Below, one piece after another: positions 17,768 through 27,622 of a DNA stretch of 53,391 bases. The notes under the pieces were generated by a model. It was not told the origin of the DNA, searched no databases, and saw only the letters and a list, made by a program, of their open reading frames with translations. The stretch's first letter is position 1. The number at the start of each line of letters is the position of its first letter. Position numbers and translations under genes: made by a program. The DNA lies in the NCBI GenBank assembly GCA_021741765.1, contig JAIOXH010000001.1, positions 1 to 53,391 of the forward strand. The letters run 5' to 3'. The DNA is from Aurantimicrobium sp. Its GTDB lineage: Bacteria > Actinomycetota > Actinomycetes > Actinomycetales > Microbacteriaceae.

Positions 17768-19297
17768 GTGCGCGTAACCGGACTCGGACATGCCGGGCTC
17801 TTCATTGAGACCCTGGGCGGATCCGTGCTCTGTGACCCTTGGGTGCACCCGGCTTTTTTCGGCTCGTGGTTTCCCTTCCCCGACAACCGGGGCCTCGACT
17901 GGGAGAAGTTCGGCAAGGCCGATTACCTCTATGTGTCGCACCGCCACCGCGACCACTTCGATCCCCAGCTGCTCCAGCGCTACGTGCCCACCGACATTAC
18001 GGTGCTCTTGCCCGAGTACCCCACCGATGATCTCGAACGCGATCTTCGCGCACTCGGTTACACCAACATCTTTTACACCAAGGCCGGCGAGGTGATTGAG
18101 CGCGACGGCTTGCGCATCATGGTCACCCCCATGCGGGCGCCCAGTGATGGGCCCGTGGGTGATTCATCTCTGTCGCTTGACGACGGCACGGCCGTCATAC
18201 TCGATCAGAACGACGCTCATCCGCTCGACCTCGATGCCCTGCTGGGCTTCGGTAAGGTCGACGCGTACTTCACGCAGTTCTCGGGCGCCATCTGGTGGCC
18301 CATGGCCTATGACCTCACGCTCGAGGAGAAGCAGCACTTCGCTCAGCTCAAGCGTGACGCACAGACCAAACGCGCGCAGTTCTACATCACCAAGATTGAT
18401 GCCCCGCACGTTTTTCCCATGGCGGGCCCACCCATGTTCCTCGACGACGAACTGTTCGGGTTCAACGGTTCCGGTGTCAACGGAGAGTCGATCTTTACCG
18501 ACCAGGCGGAGTTCCTCGACGTGCTCACGGAGTCCCACGCGCAGGCTGCCGGCCACATCTTTATGCCCGGCACGGTTGTCGAGATAGAACACGGCAATGT
18601 GACCGTGACCAACGAGCTGTTTACCGATGACGAGATTCGCCACATGTTCGCCAACAAGTGGGAGTACTTCGAGAACCAGCGCTCTACGCGGCAGGCCGAG
18701 CTCGCGGCCGAGAAGGCCAGTCGGGCTCCCGTGCCCGCAGACCTGTTCGAGCAGGTCAAGGCGTGGTGGGAGCCTCTGATGAAGCGCGCTCCCACGCTGT
18801 GCGACGGCATCGGCGCCCTGGTACGTTTCACCATCGGCGACGACGACCTCGTGGCCGATTTCCCCAAGGGGGAGGTACGCCGATTCAACGATGAGGCCTG
18901 CCGATACTGGTTCACCATTCCGGCTGACCTGGTGGCCACCAACCTGCGCGACCACGAGATTGACTGGTCTAACTCCATTTTTCTCTCGGTGCGGTTTCAA
19001 GCCGGTCGCATTGGCAAGTTCAACGAGTATCTCTACACGTTCATGAAGTGCCTCTCACCGGAGCGCATCGATTACGTGGAGAACTGGTACTCCGAGCAGT
19101 CGGATACGGGCGAGGATATCCGCATCGACGACTGGCTCGTGCAACGGCGTTGCCCGCACCTGCGCGCCGACCTGAGCAAGGCGGGCACGGTTGAGAACGG
19201 CGTGCTTACCTGCAGCCTTCACGACTGGAAGTTCGACCTCGCCACGGGCCGTTGCCTCACGAGCCATGGGCACGAGATTCGCGCGAGCAAGATCTAG
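17768..19297 (+). CDS. MBL-fold metallo-hydrolase fused to a C-terminal Rieske [2Fe-2S] domain
   Basis: N-terminus VTGLGHAGLFIE...YLYVSHRHRDHFD (HxHxDH-like). C-terminus CPHLRADL...LTCSLHDWKFD (Rieske CxH...CxxH). GTG start at 17768 after AAGGGG. Confidence 0.8.
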   Translation: MRVTGLGHAGLFIETLGGSVLCDPWVHPAFFGSWFPFPDNRGLDWEKFGKADYLYVSHRHRDHFDPQLLQRYVPTDITVLLPEYPTDDLERDLRALGYTNIFYTKAGEVIERDGLRIMVTPMRAPSDGPVGDSSLSLDDGTAVILDQNDAHPLDLDALLGFGKVDAYFTQFSGAIWWPMAYDLTLEEKQHFAQLKRDAQTKRAQFYITKIDAPHVFPMAGPPMFLDDELFGFNGSGVNGESIFTDQAEFLDVLTESHAQAAGHIFMPGTVVEIEHGNVTVTNELFTDDEIRHMFANKWEYFENQRSTRQAELAAEKASRAPVPADLFEQVKAWWEPLMKRAPTLCDGIGALVRFTIGDDDLVADFPKGEVRRFNDEACRYWFTIPADLVATNLRDHEIDWSNSIFLSVRFQAGRIGKFNEYLYTFMKCLSPERIDYVENWYSEQSDTGEDIRIDDWLVQRRCPHLRADLSKAGTVENGVLTCSLHDWKFDLATGRCLTSHGHEIRASKI

Positions 19298-19382
19298 CGT
19301 TCAACGAAATCTTGGCCAAACCTTGGCATGCCAGGACGGATCTTTTCAGCTTTTTCTCAAAAAATGATTTAGTATTACGAGT

Positions 19383-22300
19383 ATGGGATTATTTGCCGGA
19401 CGATTTGCGCGCGCGCGCATCGCCGCGGTGAGTGTTCTGGCACTCGCCGTGGGCATGTTCGTTGCCGTGGCGCCGGTGGGCTCTGAGGCTCCCGCAGCGC
19501 AAGCTGCCGACATGAGTCAGTTTCAGGCGGGCAACATTATTGCCGACGCCCTGTTCTTTGACGGCAACGCCATGTCGGCCGCCGAGGTGCAGGCATTCCT
19601 CAACGCCAAGGTTGCTTCGTGTGCCGGTGGATACGTCTGCCTCAAGAACTACACCGAGACCACGCGCACGATTCCGGGCAACCCCATGTGCTCGACCTAT
19701 CAGGGTGCCGCTAACGAAACGGCTGCCACGATCATTTACAAGGTCGGCAAGGCCTGCGGCATCAGCCAAAAGACGATTCTCGTCATGCTGCAAAAAGAAC
19801 AGGGACTGGTTACCAGCACGGCACCGTCGTCGGGAAGGTTCCGTGCGGCCATGGGTGCGGGATGTCCCGACACCGCGGCCTGTGATTCCACGTACTACGG
19901 CTTCTTCAACCAGGTGCACTACGGGTCGTACCAACTCAAGCGTTACACGCAGCCGCCGGGAACCGGCCCGGGTACGGCTTGGGACACGCGCTACGACCTG
20001 TGGAAGCCCGTGGGCCAAGTTTCGAACATCCTCTACAGTCCCGTCCGCGACGGCGCCGGCAACTACGTCTGCGGCACCAAGTCGGTTTACATTGCTAACC
20101 AGGCCACGCACTCGCTCTACATCTACACGCCTTACACGCCAAATCAAGCGGCCCTCAACGCCGGATACTCGCTGGGCGACGGCTGTTCGGCCTACGGAAA
20201 CCGAAACTTCTTCAATTACTACTACGACTGGTTTGGTAGCACGCAAGCTGTAGGCGCGCGCGCGTCAACGATGCCGCAGATTTCCGGCCTGAACGCTGTG
20301 GGCGCCACCCTTACGGCTGCGCCGGGCACATGGTTAGGCACTCCCGCACCCACGATCGCCTACCTCTGGCAGGCGTGCACCTCCGTGGTAGTAACGTCCT
20401 CGTCGACGCAACCCGCAGGTTGCACAAACCGCACAACGGGTGCGCAGTACGTTGTGACCGCGGCCGACGCCGGCAAGTACCTCACCGTGGCTGTCACCGG
20501 GTCGAACTCGAGCGGTGCGGCAACAGTATGGTCTGCCAGCACGCCTGGCGCCATCGGATCGCCGAGCCTCACGACGTCGCCCGTTCTCGCGGGAACCCCA
20601 GCCGTCGGCTCCTCCGTTTCAGTGAATACGGGGGCATGGACAGCATCGCCAACGTCTTATGCCTATCAATGGTTTGTGTGCACGAGTGACGTCGCATCGG
20701 CCACGAACTACCAGCCCGCCGGATGTTCGACAATCTCCGGCGCAGCAGCAAACGTCTTTGTTCTGACAAACGCGACCGTCGGCAAGCATGTGAGCGCTCG
20801 AGTGTCCGCCCTCAACGCCTCGGGTACTACGTGGACCTGGACGAAGAGCATGGCGGTCACAAAGGATCCGTTCGTCACGGGCACTTTGCAGTCGGGACTT
20901 GCTGTCACAGCCGATGTGGGTGGTTGGCTCGGCGCAACGAGCTTCGCCCCCGTCCCCACCGATGGCCCAACAACTGGCAATAGCTACTCTGTCAAGGCCA
21001 TCCAGACGTACCTGTCGCGGGCAGGCTTCCCGACTGACGTTGACGGCATTCTGGGCCCCCAGACATCGGGTAACGTCGCCCTATACCAGGGCAAATTTGC
21101 ACTCGGTGCCGACGGAATCGTCGGCCCGGCAACCTGGGCACACATGGTTGCCGCCAACACCCCGTCGACCTACGCCACGCAGTGGCAACGTTGCACGAGC
21201 CCGGTTGCGCTCCCAGCGACATCCCAGCCCGCCGGCTGCACAGATATCGCTGGCGCCACGGGATCAAGTTACACAATCGCATCCGACGACATCGATAGCT
21301 ATCTCACCGTGCGCGTCACCGCGACGCGCGGAACAACCGTTGAGCGACGCTGGGCGGCCAATGCTGTCGCCGCGTTGGCCTTTGTGACGCCGACGCCCAC
21401 ACCTACCCCGACACCGACTCCGTTGACGAACCCGCCCACTATTTCGGGCACGGCAACGATTTCCGCCACGCTCACCGCGTCATCCGGTCAATGGCTGGGC
21501 GCGCCCACGGCAGCTGTGCCCACCGACGGGCGAACCTACGGTGCCAACGCTTACCCGGTCAAGTCGATACAGACCTACCTGTCGCGGGCCGGATTCGCGA
21601 CCACAGTAGACGGCGCCTACGGTCCGGCAACAACCGCGAGTGTGAAGGCATTCCAGGCTAAGTACGGTCTGGTTGCCGACGGTCTTGTGGGCCCCGCAAC
21701 ATGGGGCAAGATGTTGTCACTCAAGCTGTACACCACTTACCAGTACCAGTGGATTCGATGCCCCGCGGCCCTTCCCGCACCCGCCGCTGACGGACCCGCG
21801 ACCTGCACCGACATCGTGGGTGCCACTGCAGTAACCTATCGACCCGTTGCGGCAGACGCAGGATCGTTCGTGGCCGTTCGCGTCTTCGCCGAAAGTGGCG
21901 CGAAGGCTGAGAACAGGTGGAGCGCCTCGACCGTCGCGCTAGCCAGCGGCGTGTCAGCCACTCCTACTCCGACTCCTTCGGTAACGCCGACTCCTTCGGT
22001 AACGCCGATTCCTTCGGTAACGCCGACGCCTTCGGTAACGCCGACTCCTTCGGTAACGCCGACGCCTTCGGTAACGCCGACGCCTTCGGTAACGCCGACG
22101 CCTTCGGTAACGCCGACGCCTTCGGCAACGCCCACGGCGAGTCCCGTCCCTGTCGGACTTCTCAACCCGCCGACAGCCGCCGGTGTGGCCAAAGTCCTTC
22201 AGACGTTGAACGCAACTTCGGGACAGTGGCTTGGTGCTCCCACCGCGGCAATTCCCGCCGACGGCCCTAGGTACGGCACCAACGCATACCCGGTGAAATC

Positions 22301-22685
22301 AATCCAGACCTATCTCACTCGCGCGGGAATCCCCACCACGGTTGACGGCCTCTATGGCCGCGGCACTACTGCGAGCGTCAAGACCTTCCAGGCCAAGTAC
22401 GGACTCCTGTCTGACGGCCTCGTGGGCCCCGTCACGTGGTCGAAGATGCTTGGGCTCAGGCTCTACACGACCTACACCTATCAGTGGGTGAGTTGCACGG
22501 CGCCTGTCTCAGTGGCCACCGCCACGGCACCCACCATCTGCACGAACATCACGACGGCCACGTCGGCGGCATACGTGCTCAAGAGTTCAGATCTCGCCAA
22601 ACACATCGCGGTAAAAGTCACCGGTGTGAGTGGAGCCACGACTGAGTCCCGCTGGTCGGCATCGCTCGGCCCGGTTGTTCCCTAG
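19383..22685 (+). CDS. Large secreted cell-wall-associated protein (1100 aa). It comprises a signal peptide, a Cys-rich N-terminal domain of uncertain (possibly muralytic) function, five Ig-like modules (three carrying nested PG_binding_1-like domains) and PT/PSVT linkers.
   Basis: The signal peptide ends AQA/AD. Three copies of Y(S/P)VK(A/S)IQTYL(S/T)RAG...VDG..GP.T...V..(F/Y)Q.K..L..DG(I/L)VGP.TW..M. The repeated module is G.WLG...Y.(Y)QW..C...(PAG)C(T)...G....Y.......(G/K).(L/V/I).V.V. Confidence 0.85.
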   Translation: MGLFAGRFARARIAAVSVLALAVGMFVAVAPVGSEAPAAQAADMSQFQAGNIIADALFFDGNAMSAAEVQAFLNAKVASCAGGYVCLKNYTETTRTIPGNPMCSTYQGAANETAATIIYKVGKACGISQKTILVMLQKEQGLVTSTAPSSGRFRAAMGAGCPDTAACDSTYYGFFNQVHYGSYQLKRYTQPPGTGPGTAWDTRYDLWKPVGQVSNILYSPVRDGAGNYVCGTKSVYIANQATHSLYIYTPYTPNQAALNAGYSLGDGCSAYGNRNFFNYYYDWFGSTQAVGARASTMPQISGLNAVGATLTAAPGTWLGTPAPTIAYLWQACTSVVVTSSSTQPAGCTNRTTGAQYVVTAADAGKYLTVAVTGSNSSGAATVWSASTPGAIGSPSLTTSPVLAGTPAVGSSVSVNTGAWTASPTSYAYQWFVCTSDVASATNYQPAGCSTISGAAANVFVLTNATVGKHVSARVSALNASGTTWTWTKSMAVTKDPFVTGTLQSGLAVTADVGGWLGATSFAPVPTDGPTTGNSYSVKAIQTYLSRAGFPTDVDGILGPQTSGNVALYQGKFALGADGIVGPATWAHMVAANTPSTYATQWQRCTSPVALPATSQPAGCTDIAGATGSSYTIASDDIDSYLTVRVTATRGTTVERRWAANAVAALAFVTPTPTPTPTPTPLTNPPTISGTATISATLTASSGQWLGAPTAAVPTDGRTYGANAYPVKSIQTYLSRAGFATTVDGAYGPATTASVKAFQAKYGLVADGLVGPATWGKMLSLKLYTTYQYQWIRCPAALPAPAADGPATCTDIVGATAVTYRPVAADAGSFVAVRVFAESGAKAENRWSASTVALASGVSATPTPTPSVTPTPSVTPIPSVTPTPSVTPTPSVTPTPSVTPTPSVTPTPSVTPTPSATPTASPVPVGLLNPPTAAGVAKVLQTLNATSGQWLGAPTAAIPADGPRYGTNAYPVKSIQTYLTRAGIPTTVDGLYGRGTTASVKTFQAKYGLLSDGLVGPVTWSKMLGLRLYTTYTYQWVSCTAPVSVATATAPTICTNITTATSAAYVLKSSDLAKHIAVKVTGVSGATTESRWSASLGPVVP
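21972..22133 (+). repeat. In-frame 18-nt tandem repeat, 9 units (ACKCCTTCGGTAACGCCG), encoding (TPSVTP)n
   Basis: Units start at 21972, 21990, 22008, 22026, 22044, 22062, 22080, 22098 and 22116. They differ by 0-2 nt, and the last is degenerate (GCA/CCC). Confidence 0.9.
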
Positions 22686-23438
22686 TTGACAACCCAGCAC
22701 GCACCCCATCGCGCCCTCGATCGGCACGAGGTTTTTCAGACCGGCACCATGGGGGCACTCCTCGACGGCATCTACGACGGGGACTGCTCGGTTGAGCACC
22801 TGCTCACGCGCGGCGACTTTGGTGTGGGCACGTTTAACGCCCTCGACGGTGAGATGCTGATTCTCGACGGCACGTGTTACCGACTCTCCAGTGACGGCAG
22901 CGTGGGGCCCACGGCATCCTCCGTTCAGACGCCGTTTGCCGTAGTTACGCGATTCGAGGCGCACGTCACACAGCGCATCGACGAGCCGCTCACGCAAGAA
23001 GAAACGCGCGACCTCCTGGTTAGCCTCACGCCGTCAGACAACTACCTCTACGCCTATCGCATTCGGGGCGAATTTGCGTCGGTGCGAACACGCACCGTTG
23101 CGCGACAGTCCCCGCCCTATCGCCGACTCGTAGAGGTGACCAAGGGTGAGCCGGTGCAAATGTTTTCGAACCTCAGTGGCGACATTGTGGGATTTCGCAC
23201 TCCCGTATTTCAGCAGGGCATCGGCATCGCGGGCGATCACGCCCACTTCATTGACGAGCCTCGCACGCAGGGCGGGCACGTGCTCGACTTTGCGCTCACA
23301 CGGGGAACTCTCGAGGTGTGCATCGGCACCGACCTTCACCTCGAGCTGCCGCGAACCGTGGCATTTGAGCGTGCCGACCTCGATGACGACCCGGTCGAAC
23401 GCGACGCAGAGGTTACCGCTTCGGAGAGACACACGTAG
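22686..23438 (+). CDS. alsD: Alpha-acetolactate decarboxylase
   Basis: VFQTGTMGALLDGIYDGD...GDFGVGTFNALDGEMLILDG.CYRL, plus GDHAHFIDE...GGHVLDF, match AlsD/BudA. The only upstream in-frame start is TTG 22686, immediately after the TAG of the preceding gene. Confidence 0.88.
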   Translation: MTTQHAPHRALDRHEVFQTGTMGALLDGIYDGDCSVEHLLTRGDFGVGTFNALDGEMLILDGTCYRLSSDGSVGPTASSVQTPFAVVTRFEAHVTQRIDEPLTQEETRDLLVSLTPSDNYLYAYRIRGEFASVRTRTVARQSPPYRRLVEVTKGEPVQMFSNLSGDIVGFRTPVFQQGIGIAGDHAHFIDEPRTQGGHVLDFALTRGTLEVCIGTDLHLELPRTVAFERADLDDDPVERDAEVTASERHT

Positions 23439-23509
23439 AGCTGGCGCGGTCTGTCGCGGGTAAGACAACCACGTTTTTTCTCGGAGTTCACGTGCAATAG
23501 TGTGTGAGC

Positions 23510-24412
23510 ATGTCGCCCACACCAGATGCCTACGAAGCTTTCTTAAATCTGCCCACGATTGTTCTGGTGATCATTGTCGCCATCCCAGCAATCGTGATCA
23601 TGTGGCTGGGCATCCTTTTTAGCTTGCGCCGCGGCGCAGACAGCGACTTCACCGATTTTGCCAACTCGGCGCTCGCCATCGTGGGCGGTGCCTTTATTTT
23701 TGTGGGCGCGTTTTCCGTGGTTACCTCGTGGGACACTCAGTCGCGCCTCGAAGCGAGTGTGACGAGTGAATTCACCTCGATTACCTCGCTGGCAGAAGAC
23801 CTCGGGGGTATTCCGCGAGAGTCCTCCCGTGAGACTGCTCTCTCTTTGGTGGACTACGCCACGCTCGTGAGAGACACCGAGATTGGCACGCAGGGAGTCG
23901 TCGCGCCTAACCCCGAGGCGCAAAAGGCTCTGGCGGTCATCGAGGCTAGTGTCACGTCGACTGCCGAGTCGCCCGGACTTACGGAACACCAGGTCGACAA
24001 CCTCTATAACCACATGGAGGCCGTCAAGGATGCCCGCAAGGATCGACTCACCATAGACGTGCCCAATCTTCCCGTGAGCCTGAACGTCATGTTGGGGCTA
24101 GCGGCCGTGCTCATGCTTCTCGGAATTGGTCTCTACCCCGCATCGCGCATTCCGTGGCTCAAATACTTCTACGGTGGCGCCACCACCATTGTGACGATTG
24201 CCATGATTTCTGCGGTGCTCACTCTTCAGTCTCCGGTCAACGTCGCCGCCCAGTCTTCTCAGGTCATCGACATGTTCATTACGTCGGTGACCGAGGGTGG
24301 GGCGAATCTTGGTCTGAACGATGGGCAACAGGGAACACTTCCCGCTCCGGAGCCCGGCCAGCAGCCCGGACAAGCACCGGGAGACGGGCAACCGCCCGCA
24401 CCGGCACCCTAG
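23510..24412 (+). CDS. DUF4239-like membrane protein with a Pro/Gly/Gln-rich tail (paralogue A)
   Basis: N-terminal TM, then GGAFIFVGAFSVVTSWD, a helical region, and two C-terminal TM segments. The tail is PAPEPGQQPGQAPGDGQPPAPAP. Clear similarity to the ORF at 27623-28513. Confidence 0.72.
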   Translation: MSPTPDAYEAFLNLPTIVLVIIVAIPAIVIMWLGILFSLRRGADSDFTDFANSALAIVGGAFIFVGAFSVVTSWDTQSRLEASVTSEFTSITSLAEDLGGIPRESSRETALSLVDYATLVRDTEIGTQGVVAPNPEAQKALAVIEASVTSTAESPGLTEHQVDNLYNHMEAVKDARKDRLTIDVPNLPVSLNVMLGLAAVLMLLGIGLYPASRIPWLKYFYGGATTIVTIAMISAVLTLQSPVNVAAQSSQVIDMFITSVTEGGANLGLNDGQQGTLPAPEPGQQPGQAPGDGQPPAPAP

Positions 24413-24579
24413 GGCGCGTCGCGCGTCGTCGCCGAAACACTCCGGCCCCGGCTCCGCACGCCTCGGAGGTACCTGGGCCGTCTCAAATTGACAACTGCCC
24501 AAGAGCTCAATGCGTCAACGTCAGCACCCGGGAATCTGTAGTCTTTATGGGGGCACAGACGACGCGAAGGAGCGATCAG

Positions 24580-26121
24580 ATGACACGAATTGGTGTGGTT
24601 CGGGAGCAAGACGGCGAGACACGTGTAGCCGCAACTCCCGACACTGTGGCCAAGATTGTCGCTCTCGGTTACGAGGTCAACGTGGAGAAGGGTGCCGGCG
24701 CGAAGTCGGCCTCACCCGACGCTCAGTATGAGAAGGCCGGCGCGAGCATTGTGACCACCGCCAAGGCGTGGTCTGCCGACGTCGTCATGAAAGTCAACGC
24801 TCCGACCGACGAAGAAATAGGCAAACTCGCAGCCGGCACAACCCTGATCAGCTTGCTCAGCCCCGCCCTGCGCCCCGAACTTCTTGAGGCGCTCGCCAAG
24901 CGCGACGTCACCGCTCTCGCTCTCGACGCCGTACCGCGCATTTCGCGAGCCCAGTCGATGGATGTGCTCAGTTCCATGGCCAATCTGGCCGGTTACCGCG
25001 CGGTGATTGAGTCGGCCCACGAGTTTGGCCGTCTGTTCACTGGTCAGGTCACGGCAGCAGGCAAGGTTCCTCCCGCCAAGGTACTCGTGGCCGGTGCGGG
25101 TGTTGCCGGACTTGCGGCCATTGGTGCCGCCTCGAGTCTCGGCGCCATCGTGCGTGCCACCGATCCGCGCCCCGAGGTTGCCGACCAGGTGCGGTCGATT
25201 GGTGGCGAGTATGTTGCCGTTGAGGTCGACGAAAAGATGGAGTCGTCCGACGGCTACGCCAAAGCGACGAGTGAGGCCTACGACCGACGTGCCGCCGAGG
25301 TGTACTCAGAACAGGCGCTCGACGTTGACATCATCATCACCACGGCTCTCATTCCGGGACGTCCGGCACCGAAACTTCTCACGGCGGCCGACGTGGCGAG
25401 CATGCGCCCGGGCAGCGTCATCGTAGATATGGCCGCGGGCATGGGTGGCAACGTTGCCGGCTCAGTTGCCGGCAAGCGCATTGTCACCGACAACGGCGTG
25501 GTGATTCTCGGTTACACCGACCTGGCCGGCCGCCTTCCTCAGCAGGCCTCGCAGCTGTTTGGCACCAACATGCTCAACCTGCTCAAGTTGCTCACCCCCG
25601 CCAAAGACGGCCAGCTCGTGATTGATTTCGAGGACGTCGTGCAGCGAGCCGTTACCGTGGTGCAGGAGGGCAGCATTACGTGGCCGCCCCCGCCGGTTCA
25701 GGTTTCGGCCGCCCCCGCCGGGGCCGCAGAAATAGCCAAGCCTGAGCCAAAGCCCAAGAAGACTATGTCGCGCGGCAGCAAGGGCGTGCTCATCGGCATC
25801 GGTCTGCTCGGTCTTCTGGCTGTTTGCACGTTTGCGCCCGCTCCGTTGCCCCAGCACTTCCTCGTACTCATGCTCTCGGTTGTCGTGGGCTTCTACGTCA
25901 TCGGCAAGGTGCACCACGCACTTCACACGCCGCTGATGAGCGTGACCAATGCCATCTCGGGCATCGTGGTGGTGGGTGCCATCGCACAGCTCGCATCCTC
26001 GAACCTTGTCGTGCAGATACTGGCCGCCGTCGGAGTTCTTTTCGCGTCAATCAACGTCTTTGGTGGCTTCGCCGTTACCGGACGAATGCTCAAGATGTTT
26101 AGCAAGGGAGGCCCGCGATGA
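24580..26121 (+). CDS. pntA: NAD(P) transhydrogenase subunit alpha (full-length, with C-terminal TM helices)
   Basis: MTRIGVVRE...[11 protein letters not shown], Rossmann motif [16 protein letters not shown]-terminal membrane helices. ATG 24580 follows GAAGGAG. The ORF-track 5' extension has no support. Confidence 0.93.
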   Translation: MTRIGVVREQDGETRVAATPDTVAKIVALGYEVNVEKGAGAKSASPDAQYEKAGASIVTTAKAWSADVVMKVNAPTDEEIGKLAAGTTLISLLSPALRPELLEALAKRDVTALALDAVPRISRAQSMDVLSSMANLAGYRAVIESAHEFGRLFTGQVTAAGKVPPAKVLVAGAGVAGLAAIGAASSLGAIVRATDPRPEVADQVRSIGGEYVAVEVDEKMESSDGYAKATSEAYDRRAAEVYSEQALDVDIIITTALIPGRPAPKLLTAADVASMRPGSVIVDMAAGMGGNVAGSVAGKRIVTDNGVVILGYTDLAGRLPQQASQLFGTNMLNLLKLLTPAKDGQLVIDFEDVVQRAVTVVQEGSITWPPPPVQVSAAPAGAAEIAKPEPKPKKTMSRGSKGVLIGIGLLGLLAVCTFAPAPLPQHFLVLMLSVVVGFYVIGKVHHALHTPLMSVTNAISGIVVVGAIAQLASSNLVVQILAAVGVLFASINVFGGFAVTGRMLKMFSKGGPR

Positions 26122-27521
26122 GCGTCGAGATGCTGATGACGGCCACCTACATTGTGTCCGCGCTCATGTTCATCATGAGCCTCGCCGGATTGAGTAAGCA
26201 CGAAACTTCTCGGGGCGGCCTCGCTTTCGGCATCGTTGGCATGGTTCTCGCTCTCGCGGCCACCATCGCCTCGATGGTGCTCAAAGTGTGGGGCACTCCC
26301 CAGGTCACGCTAAGCCTCGGGCTCCTCGTTGTTGTCATTCTGATCGGCGCCGGCATCGGCCTGTGGCGCGCTCGCGTCGTGGCCATGACGGGTATGCCCG
26401 AGCTCATCGCCCTCCTGCACAGCTTCGTGGGTCTGGCCGCCGTGCTCGTGGGTTGGAACGGCGCGCTCGACTCGAAAGACGTGCCGGAGAATCTTCTGGG
26501 CATTCACCACGCTGAGGTCTTCATCGGCGTCTTCATCGGGGCCGTGACGTTCACGGGATCCATCGTGGCCTACCTCAAACTGTCGGCCCGCATTTCGTCG
26601 CGTCCGTTGATGTTGCCCGGCAAGAACGCGCTCAACATTGGCGCCCTCGTTGTGTTCGTGGGGCTCACGGCCTGGTACGTCGTTACGCCCGAGTTGTGGT
26701 TGCTGATTGCCGTTACCGCCCTTGCGCTCCTGCTCGGTTGGCACCTCGTGGCCTCCATCGGCGGTGGCGACATGCCCGTCGTTGTGTCCATGCTCAACAG
26801 CTACTCGGGTTGGGCCGCCGCCGCAGCGGGTTTCCTGCTCAACAACGATCTGCTGATTGTCACTGGTGCGCTGGTAGGTTCATCCGGTGCGTACCTGTCG
26901 TACATCATGTGCCGCGCCATGAACCGATCGTTCATCTCGGTGATTGCCGGCGGCTTCGGTATCGAGAAGCCGGCCGCTGCGGGCGAAGAGGAGACGGGCG
27001 AAATCCAAGAGATGGATGCCTCCTCGGTAGCCGAGATGCTGGCCGCTGCCGATTCGGTGATCATCACACCGGGCTACGGCATGGCCGTGGCTCAGGCGCA
27101 GTACCCCGTGGCCGAACTGGCGAGCCAGCTCGCGGCCAAGGGCGTGAAGGTGCGCTTCGGTATTCACCCCGTGGCTGGTCGTCTGCCCGGTCACATGAAC
27201 GTGCTGCTGGCCGAGGCAAAGGTTCCTTATGACATCGTGCTCGAATTGGACGAGATCAACGAGGACTTTGCCTCAACGTCGGTCGTGCTCGTCATTGGCG
27301 CTAACGACACCTGTAACCCGGCAGCGGCGGAAGATCCGAGTAGCCCCATCGCCGGCATGCCCGTCTTGCACGTGTGGGAGGCCAGCAACGTGATTGTGTT
27401 CAAGCGCTCCATGAGTTCCGGCTACGCCGGTGTGCAGAACCCGCTGTTCTTCCGGGAGAATGCTCACATGCTCTTCGGTGACGCCAAGGAACGCGTGGAA
27501 GACATCCTCAAGTCGCTGTAA
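26118..27521 (+). CDS. pntB: NAD(P) transhydrogenase subunit beta
   Basis: N-terminal polytopic domain plus dIII domain: [49 protein letters not shown] overlap with pntA. Confidence 0.95.
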   Translation: MSVEMLMTATYIVSALMFIMSLAGLSKHETSRGGLAFGIVGMVLALAATIASMVLKVWGTPQVTLSLGLLVVVILIGAGIGLWRARVVAMTGMPELIALLHSFVGLAAVLVGWNGALDSKDVPENLLGIHHAEVFIGVFIGAVTFTGSIVAYLKLSARISSRPLMLPGKNALNIGALVVFVGLTAWYVVTPELWLLIAVTALALLLGWHLVASIGGGDMPVVVSMLNSYSGWAAAAAGFLLNNDLLIVTGALVGSSGAYLSYIMCRAMNRSFISVIAGGFGIEKPAAAGEEETGEIQEMDASSVAEMLAAADSVIITPGYGMAVAQAQYPVAELASQLAAKGVKVRFGIHPVAGRLPGHMNVLLAEAKVPYDIVLELDEINEDFASTSVVLVIGANDTCNPAAAEDPSSPIAGMPVLHVWEASNVIVFKRSMSSGYAGVQNPLFFRENAHMLFGDAKERVEDILKSL

Positions 27522-27622
27522 TTTCTGTCTCCACAAGAGCGCGAAGCGGGTCGCTGACGCGTTCACATTCGTGTCGCTTTTTGTTCCCTTCCATGGGCTA
27601 GGGTGACGGCGTGGAAGAACAA

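Noticed and set aside
18164-20246. Long minus-strand ORFs (18164-19000, 18382-18978, 19389-20246) opposite the MBL-Rieske and wall-protein genes
   Set aside because: These are shadow ORFs within genes that carry clear domain signatures on the + strand.
21972-22133. Possible CRISPR array
   Set aside because: The units are contiguous 18-mers with no spacers, and they are in frame inside a coding sequence. No cas genes are present.
21836-22192. Minus-strand ORF encoding (GVTEGV)n, and a + frame ORF encoding (FGNADS)n, across the tandem repeat
   Set aside because: These are alternative-frame readings of the 18-nt repeat. Only the TPSVTP frame is continuous with the 1100-aa protein.
24154-24579. 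142-codon 5' extension of pntA in the ORF track
   Set aside because: The extension overlaps the preceding DUF4239-like gene and then runs across the intergenic spacer. Its translation is Arg-rich. A strong GAAGGAG-N7-ATG at 24580 matches the conserved PntA N-terminus.
24413-24579. 167-nt leader upstream of pntA as a possible riboswitch
   Set aside because: I could not match it to any riboswitch core I know, and I saw no convincing conserved stem architecture.
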